DNA from: Chlorobium sp. | Lineage (GTDB): Bacteria; Bacteroidota; Chlorobiia; Chlorobiales; Chlorobiaceae | NCBI GenBank assembly: GCA_005843825.1 | Contig: SZXX01000040.1 | Location: 2,215 to 66,214 of the forward strand | Direction of reading: 5' to 3' | DNA length: 64,000 nucleotides | Shown here: in pieces, positions 8,260-17,212 of the stretch | Layout: every line of letters begins with the position of its first letter | Position numbering within the stretch: position 1 is the first letter of the stretch | The notes under the pieces: model-generated | Database searches by the model: none | The model's input: the letters and a program-made list of their open reading frames with translations, nothing else | Told to the model about the DNA's origin: nothing | Position numbers and translations under genes: made by a program

Positions 8260-9306
8260 ATGAAGCCTTTAAAATTTCTTACGGCCACGATGCTTATCCT
8301 TGGAATCGTGCTGAGTTCTCTTGATTGTTTCGCCTGTGCTGCATGCGGCTGTTCCTTGTCGTCCGAGGCAGCTACAGGCTATTCGTCCACGACCGGGTGG
8401 AGCGTTAGTTTGCAATACGATTACATCAACCAGAACCAATTGCGTACGGGTACAGGCAGCATTTCATCCTCGCAAGCGGCCTCAATCAACGATGCCGGCG
8501 GCAGTCAGGAAGTTGAGCATGGCACCATCAATCGCTACATAACTCTGGGCCTTGGCTATTCGCCGAGTGCAGACTGGAATGTAAAGCTGCTGGTTCCCTA
8601 TATCGACCGAAGCCACACAACCTATGGCCAGGCAACCAGCGACCAGCTCACTCCAGACCAGATAAGCGGTTCAAGCGTCAGCACTCTCGGTGACATCAAA
8701 TTCATCACCAGCTATCAAGGCCTGCTCTCTAATCATAACCTTGGAATTCAGCTTGGAGTGAAACTGCCTACAGGTGCTTATGGAGGGCCAAATGCAAGTG
8801 GCACTGGCACAGCGGGGCGTAACCCGGCAACCTTCACCTCAGGCCCCAACTCCGGTGACCTCCTCGATACAAGCCTGCAGGCCGGTACCGGCAGTACTGA
8901 TCTTATTCTTGGGGCATACTACAACAATAAGGTCAGCCAGAATTTCAGCGCTTTTATCAATCTCCAATTCCAGGCAGCCGTGAAGCAGGAACTGAACCAG
9001 CCTGATGAAGATTTTCGTCCCGGAAATCAGGAAGCCTTGAGCTTTGGCATACGCTACGAAGCCAACCCCACAATCGTGCCGCAACTTCAGGTTAACATCA
9101 ACCACAGAAGTCAGGATCTGGGAACACTGGCCGACACTCCTAACTCAGCTGGCACTGCAGCATACCTGAGCCCCGGTGTGAGCATAAGCATCCTGAAAGA
9201 CGTGCAGATTTATGGATTCGGGCAACTGCCTATTTATAGCAAGCTTGAGGGATATCAGCTTTTCCCTCATGTAACAGGGTCGGTCGGCTTAGCCTATGCG
9301 TTCTGA
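8260..9306 (+). CDS. Outer-membrane beta-barrel protein (MetA-pathway/'transporter'-like) with N-terminal Cys cluster
   Basis: Signal peptide followed by CFACAACGC (C23, C26, C29, C31). Gly/Ser/Thr/Tyr-rich alternating strands and C-terminal GLAYAF. Confidence 0.6.
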   Translation: MKPLKFLTATMLILGIVLSSLDCFACAACGCSLSSEAATGYSSTTGWSVSLQYDYINQNQLRTGTGSISSSQAASINDAGGSQEVEHGTINRYITLGLGYSPSADWNVKLLVPYIDRSHTTYGQATSDQLTPDQISGSSVSTLGDIKFITSYQGLLSNHNLGIQLGVKLPTGAYGGPNASGTGTAGRNPATFTSGPNSGDLLDTSLQAGTGSTDLILGAYYNNKVSQNFSAFINLQFQAAVKQELNQPDEDFRPGNQEALSFGIRYEANPTIVPQLQVNINHRSQDLGTLADTPNSAGTAAYLSPGVSISILKDVQIYGFGQLPIYSKLEGYQLFPHVTGSVGLAYAF

Positions 9307-9361
9307 ACAACACGAGTAAACTCTTGAATCTTTTTCAGTCAATCATCTTGAAATATTCTTT

Positions 9362-11479
9362 ATGAACCATTTACATCGATTTTATAAAAAACCGCTCTCA
9401 TTGCTTCTCCTCAGCGCAGCAGTTCCCCTGTCTGCGTTTTGTCAGAATGCGATCAGCCCGGAAACTGTTATTACCGGAACAACGGAAAAGAGAGAGTCGC
9501 CACTGGCATCCATGCGTCTGAAAACCAGTGATACGGCATCGTTACTTAAGAACGAACCTGGAGTCGCACTTGCTACAGGGGGTGGCGTTTCGAGCCTGCC
9601 GATTGTTCACGGACTGGGAGACGACCGTCTGATAATATACGTTGACGGTATGTGTCTGACGTCGGCCTGTGCCAACCATATGAATCCTCCGTTGTCGTAC
9701 ATCGCACCGTCAAACGTGAGCAGCATCGGGGTTAAATCGGCTGTTTCTCCAGTCAGTTACGGCGGAGACAACATAGGGGGAAGCATTCACGTCGAATCGG
9801 ATCAGCCAGTTTTCGCCAAACCTGGAGAGGGAACCAGAGGGTCTGGAAGTGCTTCGACCTACTACCGAAGCGTCAACCAGAGCACTGGGACTGCATTTTC
9901 GGGCGCAGTGGCAAACAGCAACCTAAGCTTTGGAGTTACCGGCTCCATCGATCATGCAAAGGATTACAAGGATGGCCATGGCAATACGGTAACATCAACC
10001 TATTACGAATCGCGTAATCTTGGAGCCACTTTAGCCCTCAAAGGGGACAGCAGCCTCCTGACCCTCAAGGCAGGGCATCAATCGATTCCTAATGAGGGAT
10101 TTGTCAACCAGTGGATGGACCTGGTCGATAACAATGCATCATATTTCAATCTCGGCTATAAGGACAGCTTCAGTTGGGGAAAACTTGATGCCAAGGCTTT
10201 TTGGGAGAACACCTGGCACAGGATGGATTCCGGAGAAGATAAACTGGCAATTCCTGCTGTTCAGACCGGGATGACCTATATGCCGATGGAGACTCGAGGA
10301 ATAGACCTTGGCTATTCGTTGAAGACGGAAATTCCATTTACTGAAAAGAACATCCTTCGCCTCGGACATGAATTCCACCGTTTTACCCTTAACGACTCAT
10401 GGCCGCCGGTTGCCGGAAGCATGATGATGTCGCCGAACACCTTCGTAAACATCAATGACGGGCGTCGTGACCGGTACAGCGTGTTTGCCGAATGGGAATC
10501 AAAGGTGAGCAAAGAGGTGACAACCATTCTCGGTGTTCGTGATGAGCTGGTGCAGATGAATACAGGAAGTGTTCAGGGGTACAACACCGGCATGATGTAT
10601 GCTGCTGATGCCAAAGCATTCAATGCGCAGGATCATGCCCGCAACGACAACAATCTTGACATAACCACGTTGGCCAGATTTGAGCCTACATCGAATGCTG
10701 ACTATGAGATAGGCTATGCACGAAAAACCCGCTCACCAAACCTCTATGAACGCTATGCATGGTCCACAAGCTTCATGTGCAGCGGCATGATCAACTGGGT
10801 TGGTGATGGCAATGCCTATGTCGGCAATCTCAACCTCAAGCCTGAAGTTGCCAATACCGTGAGCATCTCGGCAGACTGGCACGACACTGACCGCAAAAAC
10901 TGGGAATTGAAGGTTACACCCTACTACACCTATGTCAATGATTACATTGATGTCAATGTGTTAACCCTCAAATCAACCGGCAACACATTTCAGTTTGCCA
11001 ATCACGATGCAAGGATTTATGGGCTGGATGTGTCGGGAAAAGTTGGAGTATGGGATAACGGCAGCCTTGGCCACGGTCAACTGAGTGGCAGTATTGGCTA
11101 CGTGCATGGCCGCAACTCCGACACAGGGAACTCTCTCTACCACATGATGCCGTTGAATGGTTCCCTTACGTTGGAACAGAGAGTAAGCGGTTGGACCAAT
11201 GCTGTGGAGCTGCAACTTGTCAGCGACAAAACAGAAGTAGACGCTCTCCGCAAGGAACCGACGACTCCCGGCTTTGCATTGCTCAATCTGCGCACGGCAT
11301 ACCAATGGAAAAACCTGCGTGTGGACGTTGGCGTTACGAATCTGTTCGACAGGTTCTATTCCCTTCCTCTCGGCGGTATCAACTACGACCATAACCTTGC
11401 CAGCGGGCGACTCACGCCTTTCGAGTCAGTTGCAGGACAGGGGCGGTCATTTAATGTTGGGTTAACACAGACGTTCTAA
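9362..11479 (+). CDS. TonB-dependent receptor, OprC/NosA-like (putative copper receptor)
   Basis: Plug-domain motifs (PGVAL, IVHGLGDDRLIIYVDGM), 22-strand-barrel size (705 aa), C-terminal SFNVGLTQTF. C103-x3-M107 and H286-x-M288 are spaced about 180 aa apart, like the OprC copper site. Confidence 0.8.
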   Translation: MNHLHRFYKKPLSLLLLSAAVPLSAFCQNAISPETVITGTTEKRESPLASMRLKTSDTASLLKNEPGVALATGGGVSSLPIVHGLGDDRLIIYVDGMCLTSACANHMNPPLSYIAPSNVSSIGVKSAVSPVSYGGDNIGGSIHVESDQPVFAKPGEGTRGSGSASTYYRSVNQSTGTAFSGAVANSNLSFGVTGSIDHAKDYKDGHGNTVTSTYYESRNLGATLALKGDSSLLTLKAGHQSIPNEGFVNQWMDLVDNNASYFNLGYKDSFSWGKLDAKAFWENTWHRMDSGEDKLAIPAVQTGMTYMPMETRGIDLGYSLKTEIPFTEKNILRLGHEFHRFTLNDSWPPVAGSMMMSPNTFVNINDGRRDRYSVFAEWESKVSKEVTTILGVRDELVQMNTGSVQGYNTGMMYAADAKAFNAQDHARNDNNLDITTLARFEPTSNADYEIGYARKTRSPNLYERYAWSTSFMCSGMINWVGDGNAYVGNLNLKPEVANTVSISADWHDTDRKNWELKVTPYYTYVNDYIDVNVLTLKSTGNTFQFANHDARIYGLDVSGKVGVWDNGSLGHGQLSGSIGYVHGRNSDTGNSLYHMMPLNGSLTLEQRVSGWTNAVELQLVSDKTEVDALRKEPTTPGFALLNLRTAYQWKNLRVDVGVTNLFDRFYSLPLGGINYDHNLASGRLTPFESVAGQGRSFNVGLTQTF

Positions 11480-11502
11480 CCCTGAAATAATCATTATCAT
11501 GG

Positions 11503-11526
11503 ATGGGGCTGGTATTGCGGCCCCAT
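11503..11526. terminator. Hairpin between the convergent TBDR and cbiO genes
   Basis: ATGGGGC (11503-11509) / GCCCCAT (11520-11526), 10-nt loop, followed by TCATTT. Confidence 0.4.
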
Positions 11527-11578
11527 TCATTTGGATACATTTATATACGAGAGGAGTTCAAAACAGGGAGCCGATTAT

Positions 11579-12388
11579 TCAATCATGCGGCTCCAGCGGG
11601 AGATGCTGATGAACATGCTCCCTGCCGTCATGGTGGTGTCGATGCATGTGTATAAGGTTATTCGACTCCAGGAGTGAACGGTCATTCAAGACAGATTCTG
11701 AAGAGCCTCCCCTGACAATACTTTTGTTCCGCCCGAACACATAGACTGTATCGGCTATTTCACCGATGATGTGCAGGTCATGCGTAGCTGTAATAATGGT
11801 CTTTCCCCGCTGGTTGGCATTGACAATAAAATCAATAATGTGCCGGACAGTCAAGGGATCAAGCCCTGCCGTTGGTTCATCGAATAAATAGACATCAGGA
11901 TCAATTGCAAGAACAGAGGCGATTGCGACCCGCCGTTTCTCTCCGATGCTTAATTGATGGGGAACCCGGTCCAACAGATGCTGAATATCCAAAACCTCGG
12001 CGACCTCCAGAATACGCCGGCTCACTTCATCTTCAGCCACGCCAAACTGCAATGGACCAAAGGCAATATCCTCTCTCACCGACGGGCAGAAAAGCTGGAT
12101 ATCTGCATTCTGGAAAACAAGGCCAACCCTTTGCCGAAAGCGGTGTGCCGCCTTTTCATTATCCTGCGAATGTTCAAGCAGCCTCTCACCGAAGGCAGTC
12201 ACAGTACCACGATCAGGGAAAATCAGTCCATCCAGGAGTTGCAACAAGGTCGACTTCCCTGTCCCGTTAGCACCAATGACCGCAATCTTCTCTCCTGACC
12301 GGATCGTCATATTCACACCGCACAGTGCCGGGAATTTGCCCAGATACGAATAGTGCACATCCTTCAGTTCAAAAACAGTGTCGCTCAT
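11579..12388 (-). CDS. cbiO: ECF transporter ATPase (CbiO/NikO-type) with His-rich C-terminal tail
   Basis: Walker A GANGTGKST, signature LSIGEKRRV, Walker B YLFDEPTAGLD. C-terminus HMHRHHHDGREHVHQH. Confidence 0.85.
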   Translation of the reverse strand: MSDTVFELKDVHYSYLGKFPALCGVNMTIRSGEKIAVIGANGTGKSTLLQLLDGLIFPDRGTVTAFGERLLEHSQDNEKAAHRFRQRVGLVFQNADIQLFCPSVREDIAFGPLQFGVAEDEVSRRILEVAEVLDIQHLLDRVPHQLSIGEKRRVAIASVLAIDPDVYLFDEPTAGLDPLTVRHIIDFIVNANQRGKTIITATHDLHIIGEIADTVYVFGRNKSIVRGGSSESVLNDRSLLESNNLIHMHRHHHDGREHVHQHLPLEPHD

Positions 12389-13236
12389 AGGGTATGTCCT
12401 CTATAAAATAGGGATGCACAGATGACCACAGCACACAACAGCCAGAGCCAGTCTTTAGGTGTTGCGTGAAATTTGGAGAGGAGCCGGGGCTCACCGGTAT
12501 AGCCTCTCGAAATCATTGCCATATAAACCTCTTCACTCATTTGTGTTGTTCTGTTCCATGTGTTGGCAATATTCCAGGCCACAACGTTCTGCCCTTGTCG
12601 CTGATGCGAGACCACCCCGACACGGCTTTTAACTGCTGTAAAAATATTTTCTACCATCGTTGCAAAGAGATAGAGATAGCGATAACACATCGATACTGTC
12701 AATACAAAAAGCTGCGGGATGCCGAATACCCGTAAAACCTTCAATAACTCCGAGTGGCGGGTCGTTACCGACAATAAAACAACCAGCGACACCGAGGTTG
12801 CAATCCTGACCACAAAGAGTACAGCTCCATCCAGACCCGGTCGAGTAATGATACCTGTAATCCCGACAACATGGAACGACCAGACCGGTTCACCTGGTGT
12901 CACAATACTGAACAGGGTTGGAAGCACAATGAAGAGCGAAAACAAAGGAATGAAAAAAAGAGTCCTTAAAAGGAAGTTCCTGAGGGGAATTCCGGATAAC
13001 AAGGCGAGTATCAAGCACAAGAGGTAGAAAGGAGAAATCAAAACAATGCTTTTTAAAGAGACCACCGTAACAAGAAACAGTAAAAAGGAGATGGTTTTAA
13101 AGCGGGGATCCAACGACTGCAAAAAACCTTTGCGATTGGCATACTCTTCAGACAGGGTTGCGTCTTTTAAAAAAGCAAGAGCGCTCAGGACTGAACGCCC
13201 TATGAAATCATGCTTCTTGTGTGCAGGGTTAGTCAT
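12385..13236 (-). CDS. cbiQ: ECF transporter transmembrane (T) component CbiQ/NikQ
   Basis: Polytopic membrane protein of 283 aa. The DPRFK motif is typical of the CbiQ family. ATGA-type overlaps with its neighbours. Confidence 0.8.
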   Translation of the reverse strand: MTNPAHKKHDFIGRSVLSALAFLKDATLSEEYANRKGFLQSLDPRFKTISFLLFLVTVVSLKSIVLISPFYLLCLILALLSGIPLRNFLLRTLFFIPLFSLFIVLPTLFSIVTPGEPVWSFHVVGITGIITRPGLDGAVLFVVRIATSVSLVVLLSVTTRHSELLKVLRVFGIPQLFVLTVSMCYRYLYLFATMVENIFTAVKSRVGVVSHQRQGQNVVAWNIANTWNRTTQMSEEVYMAMISRGYTGEPRLLSKFHATPKDWLWLLCAVVICASLFYRGHTL

Positions 13237-13564
13237 GCTCTTTTGCTAATACCTTGCCTATTAAAAACGCGACTCCTGCTATGATCGCGATGCCGGAAAC
13301 AGCAGAGATGATATATGCAAAACTCCTTTGAAAGATATCTTTTCCTTCCAATCCCTGAAAAGCATACTCCGGAAAAGGCGCTTTCCATAATCCGGAAAGT
13401 CTCTGAAAACCCTGTGGAACATATCCGGTAATGCTCTGTATCTCATTGAGCCCCCACTCCCCCCAAGCCGATCCCGCATTAAAATGGTCCGGAACAATCA
13501 GCCCCAGAGGTGAGAGTACAATTAAAACACCAATTCCTATCCATAATTTTCTGGTCAGCGTCAT
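13229..13564 (-). CDS. Small membrane component, PDGLE-domain/CbiN-NikN-like
   Basis: 111 aa with two terminal TM helices flanking a soluble loop (GSAWGEWG...). Positioned between the cbiM and cbiQ equivalents. Confidence 0.6.
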   Translation of the reverse strand: MTLTRKLWIGIGVLIVLSPLGLIVPDHFNAGSAWGEWGLNEIQSITGYVPQGFQRLSGLWKAPFPEYAFQGLEGKDIFQRSFAYIISAVSGIAIIAGVAFLIGKVLAKEHD

Positions 13565-14241
13565 GATCTGCCTCCTTCAAAAAAAACAGCATCCTGCTTC
13601 TGTAAATATTTTACAACCAATGCGGTCACAATCACCTCCACCCATCCGATGAAAAGAAGATGACCAAAAAGCATTGCGGGAATGGCAACCTTGAGACCAT
13701 AAGGGCAGTACAATGCCTGACCATTTGCCGTATGATAGAGTATGGGTTGCAACCCGAATTCGATACCGGCAAAGAGAGCTGCCGCACAAATGCCCGCGTA
13801 GGCTCCAGTACCAGCAGCAATGACACGCCTGCGGGAGCCAGACGGGCTGCCGGAGCTGATGAATTTATAGACATAATAGCCGACAAAAGGAAGCACAAAC
13901 GCCATGTTGAAACAATTCGCCCCAATGGCTGTAATGCCTCCATCGCCGAACAACAGCGCCTGAATCACCAAGGCAACGGTAACAGCAATGCAGGCCGCCC
14001 ATGGTCCTAAAAGAATGGCAACAAGGACACCGCCAACTGCATGACCGCTCGACCCACCCGGGATGGGTAGATTGAACATCATGATCACAAAGCTGAAGGC
14101 TGCACCGATCGCCAGATAGGGAACCTGCCTGGCACTCAATGTTTTTTTTACCGCCCTGGAAGCAGTAGCCCATATCGGGATCATAACAGCACCAAATACC
14201 ATGCACGTCGCAGGGCTTAAATATCCATCAGGTATGTGCAT
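13561..14241 (-). CDS. cbiM: ECF transporter substrate-capture component CbiM/NikM
   Basis: The N-terminus MHIPDGYLSP is diagnostic of the CbiM/NikM metal-binding N-terminus. Polytopic, 226 aa. Confidence 0.85.
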   Translation of the reverse strand: MHIPDGYLSPATCMVFGAVMIPIWATASRAVKKTLSARQVPYLAIGAAFSFVIMMFNLPIPGGSSGHAVGGVLVAILLGPWAACIAVTVALVIQALLFGDGGITAIGANCFNMAFVLPFVGYYVYKFISSGSPSGSRRRVIAAGTGAYAGICAAALFAGIEFGLQPILYHTANGQALYCPYGLKVAIPAMLFGHLLFIGWVEVIVTALVVKYLQKQDAVFFEGGRS

Positions 14242-14458
14242 GTGGTTCCTTCCTGTTACCCGGCAAGTTATTCAGAACACCCCTTATGGCAATGCCCCTC
14301 AATAGCACAAGTTTAATATTTGTGGTACGTTATATCAAAAAGATTATCGGCGGAATAGGAAATTCAGGTCCTATATTTACCTTTAACCTGCTTCACTGGA
14401 AACAACAGGTTCCATTATTAAATACACCAATCCCATCAACTTCAGTTACGAGTAACCA

Positions 14459-14995
14459 ATGAACAATTTTTTACGGATTCTTTTTACGGCAATCATCGCC
14501 GTAATGCTTACGAGTAATGCCGCAAGCGCTAACGCGACAGATGACGCCAAAAGCTTTTTTTCAAGTGCGGAAGTGAAATTCGGCACCAATGATTTCAAGG
14601 GTGCTATAGCTGACTACACAAAAGCCATTGAACTGGACCCGAAATTTGCCGATGCCTACAACAGCAGGGCTGCTGCAAAATTCAGCTCCGGAGAGAAGCA
14701 AGGAGCAATTGATGACTTTACAAAGTCCATTGCAATCAACCCGAAATCTGCTGATACTTTTACCAACCGGGGCAGTATAAAATCTGACTTGGGAGATACT
14801 CAAGGGGCAACAAGTGATTATACAAAGGCTATTCAGATTGACCCGTCATTTGTTCCCGCTTACCTCAATCGAGCCGCTTTAAGACTGGACAGTGGAGATA
14901 AACAAGGGGCTACAGCGGACCTGCTTCAGGCTGCAAAGCTTGGTAATCCTGATGCTCAGCAGTGGCTGAAGAGTAATGGGATTTCGAAGTGGTGA
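14459..14995 (+). CDS. Secreted TPR-repeat protein
   Basis: Signal peptide, then four 34-aa repeats (AI.DYTKAIELDP.FA.AY.NRA...). Confidence 0.8.
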   Translation: MNNFLRILFTAIIAVMLTSNAASANATDDAKSFFSSAEVKFGTNDFKGAIADYTKAIELDPKFADAYNSRAAAKFSSGEKQGAIDDFTKSIAINPKSADTFTNRGSIKSDLGDTQGATSDYTKAIQIDPSFVPAYLNRAALRLDSGDKQGATADLLQAAKLGNPDAQQWLKSNGISKW

Positions 14996-15068
14996 GTAGT
15001 TCGATGGGTTTTTAAGGTACTGTTAACTGTTGAATCTTAAACGCTTAAACGTTCTACAACCTCTCATC

Positions 15069-16073
15069 ATGACAGTCGCACTGGTTACAGGAGCATCGGG
15101 GTTCATCGGATCGCATCTGGTGAAACGGTGCATGCAGGAAGGCTACAACGTGAAGGCCCTTGTCCGGAAAGGGAATGCCTCAATAGCAGGTTTGAAACGG
15201 GATGGCGTGGATGTTGTTGAAGGCGACATTCGTCAGGTCGAAGCAGTTAACCGTGCGGTGAATGGCGCTGATCTGGTGTTTCATTCAGCGGCACTCACAT
15301 CAGATTGGGGATCTCTCAAGGATTTCAGGGATATCAATATTGGCGGCACACGGAACGTCTGCGAAGCAGTAACCCGGTATAAGGTAAAGCGATTGGTTCA
15401 CGTCAGTACCTTTGAATCATTCGATCATTCCAGACTTGATCGGGTAAATGAAAAGACACCCTATTCAAGCCGGAACCAGTCATATCCTGACACCAAAATC
15501 AAGGGAAATGAAGTTGTCTGGGAACATGTAGCACAGGGAATGCCGGCTTCCATTGTTTATCCTGTCTGGGTCTATGGTCCTCGGGATCGCACGCTTTTCC
15601 CCTTGCTTGCCGATGGTATCCGACGCCGCCAGTTCTTTTACTGGTCACATCATGCCCCTATGAGCATGGTCTATATCGATAACCTTATTGATCTCCTGAT
15701 ACTTGCAGCTGTGCACCCCGGCGCTGTTGGAGAAGATTTCCTGGCGTATGATGGTGAACCAATAACTTTTGAAGGCGTGTGCGAACGCATAGCTTCCGCG
15801 ATTCATTCTCCGCCGCCCTCATTGTACCTGCCTTATAAACTCGTCTATATCCTCGCCGGAATGATGGAAGTGCTCTACCGGATGATCAGAAGTTCGAAGC
15901 GACCTCTACTCACCCGTCAGGCAGTGACACTGCTTGCCTCACAAGCAGTAATTGATGCATCAAAAGCCCGACAGGTTCTTGGCTGGTCGCCTGGAGTCAC
16001 TCAGGATGAGGGTATCAATCGGACACTGACGTGGCTGTTAAGTGTAGACCCTTCGGAGTGGAAGGTGAAGTAA
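15069..16073 (+). CDS. NAD-dependent epimerase/dehydratase (extended SDR)
   Basis: VTGASGFIGSHL Rossmann motif and Y-x3-K (YPDTK). The track ORF starts at a TTG at 15030, but the ATG at 15069 (MTVALVTGASG) fits better. Confidence 0.85.
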   Translation: MTVALVTGASGFIGSHLVKRCMQEGYNVKALVRKGNASIAGLKRDGVDVVEGDIRQVEAVNRAVNGADLVFHSAALTSDWGSLKDFRDINIGGTRNVCEAVTRYKVKRLVHVSTFESFDHSRLDRVNEKTPYSSRNQSYPDTKIKGNEVVWEHVAQGMPASIVYPVWVYGPRDRTLFPLLADGIRRRQFFYWSHHAPMSMVYIDNLIDLLILAAVHPGAVGEDFLAYDGEPITFEGVCERIASAIHSPPPSLYLPYKLVYILAGMMEVLYRMIRSSKRPLLTRQAVTLLASQAVIDASKARQVLGWSPGVTQDEGINRTLTWLLSVDPSEWKVK

Positions 16074-16171
16074 ACGCATGGGTCTGGGAAAAAATGATAC
16101 TTTGTCATGAGGCTTTCATTTCCCACTGCAAGTTACCTGTTGCACTGAAATAAAGTGGGTCAGGATCAACA

Positions 16172-16513
16172 TCATCTCGATTTAGAAACGCGACCAGACA
16201 GCCATTTTTTGAACGATGTTTGACTTTCACCAGAATGCTTGCCTAGTAATAAACCTTCAACACTTATATCCTCATCAAGCTCTTCCCAATGAATGCCATA
16301 CCCTTTGCCAATCAGTCGCCAGTTCTGACGCTCTGATTCTGTTGCATTCATAAGTCGTGGATACCATGCAAGCGGGACTGTAATGGATCGACCATCATTC
16401 AAATCAACGGTTAAAGCATCAAGGGTAACCTTTACCTGTTCCACTGCTGACACATTGAGTTCAATTGTTGAAATAACCATACCATGCCTCCTGTAAATGC
16501 TTTTGATGTTCAA
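16172..16513 (-). CDS. DUF2442-family protein
   Basis: The pattern L.V.L.DGR...VPLAWYPRL..AT..ER.NW.LIG.G.GIHWEELDEDISVEGLL is typical of DUF2442. The start is probably the internal Met at 16480. Confidence 0.7.
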   Translation of the reverse strand: MNIKSIYRRHGMVISTIELNVSAVEQVKVTLDALTVDLNDGRSITVPLAWYPRLMNATESERQNWRLIGKGYGIHWEELDEDISVEGLLLGKHSGESQTSFKKWLSGRVSKSR

Positions 16514-16697
16514 GGATGATTATTTGAATCCTGGCAATTTCATGCCTTGAAAAACCACCACTACTTTCTAAACGAACAGGGTCAATCCAAAATTTAGCCA
16601 TATTTTCATCGCGTTCAACATGAATATGCGAAGGCTCATTCTTATCGCTTGCAAAAAAGAAAAACCGATAGGCTCCAATACGCAAAACAGTCGGCAT
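16461..16697 (-). CDS. DUF4160-family protein
   Basis: MPTVLRIGAYRFFFFASDKNEPSHIHVER matches the DUF4160 N-terminal signature. Paired with DUF2442, as commonly seen. Confidence 0.7.
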   Translation of the reverse strand: MPTVLRIGAYRFFFFASDKNEPSHIHVERDENMAKFWIDPVRLESSGGFSRHEIARIQIIILEHQKHLQEAWYGYFNN

Positions 16698-17212
16698 CTT
16701 TAACTTCTATATTTTGAATAGAATGGAACGAAAATAAGCCAGTCGGAATCAGTCTGTATATGTGCTCGCCTGATCAAAAAAACTTATTATTTAAGTATAA
16801 CAAACAATAGCAGGCCATCAAACACTTTGCGTCTCGTCCCCTGCCACATGTCATTGAATCAATAATGGCATATTGACAGGTTGCGTCACATTAACAATCC
16901 TACGCCCTTTAATATACACCAAGATTACGGATGAACACAGGAAGAGGAAGATGGTAATCGAAAATCTAAACTCATCACCGGTTCGATGTATATGCATATA
17001 GTGATCTTCCGACTCTCCAGTTATTGGAAGTTTTGAGTACTTTACTGCTGATGTTTTTGAAGATGGATACTTCGCTTTTGGTTCTGGATGACAAGGAAAG
17101 TAAAATCTGAGGTGAGAGTACTGTGTGCTAAGAAGGAAAAGAAAACAGATCACTCATTGCATTCTGGATGACGGGGGAAAACTGGGGATTGGAAGATTAT
17201 TAATACAATTAA

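Noticed and set aside
14242-14458. Possible cobalamin or other metal riboswitch upstream of cbiM
   Set aside because: I looked on the minus strand for a B12 box (AGYCMGGAGACC-like) and the GGTGAAA/GCCACTG-type conserved cores and did not find them. A covariance-model scan would be needed to be sure.
16851-17153. 100-aa minus-strand ORF in the long intergenic region upstream of the SBP gene
   Set aside because: There are no motifs, the composition is implausible, and it overlaps the direct-repeat elements. I treat the region as non-coding, though a small gene cannot be excluded.
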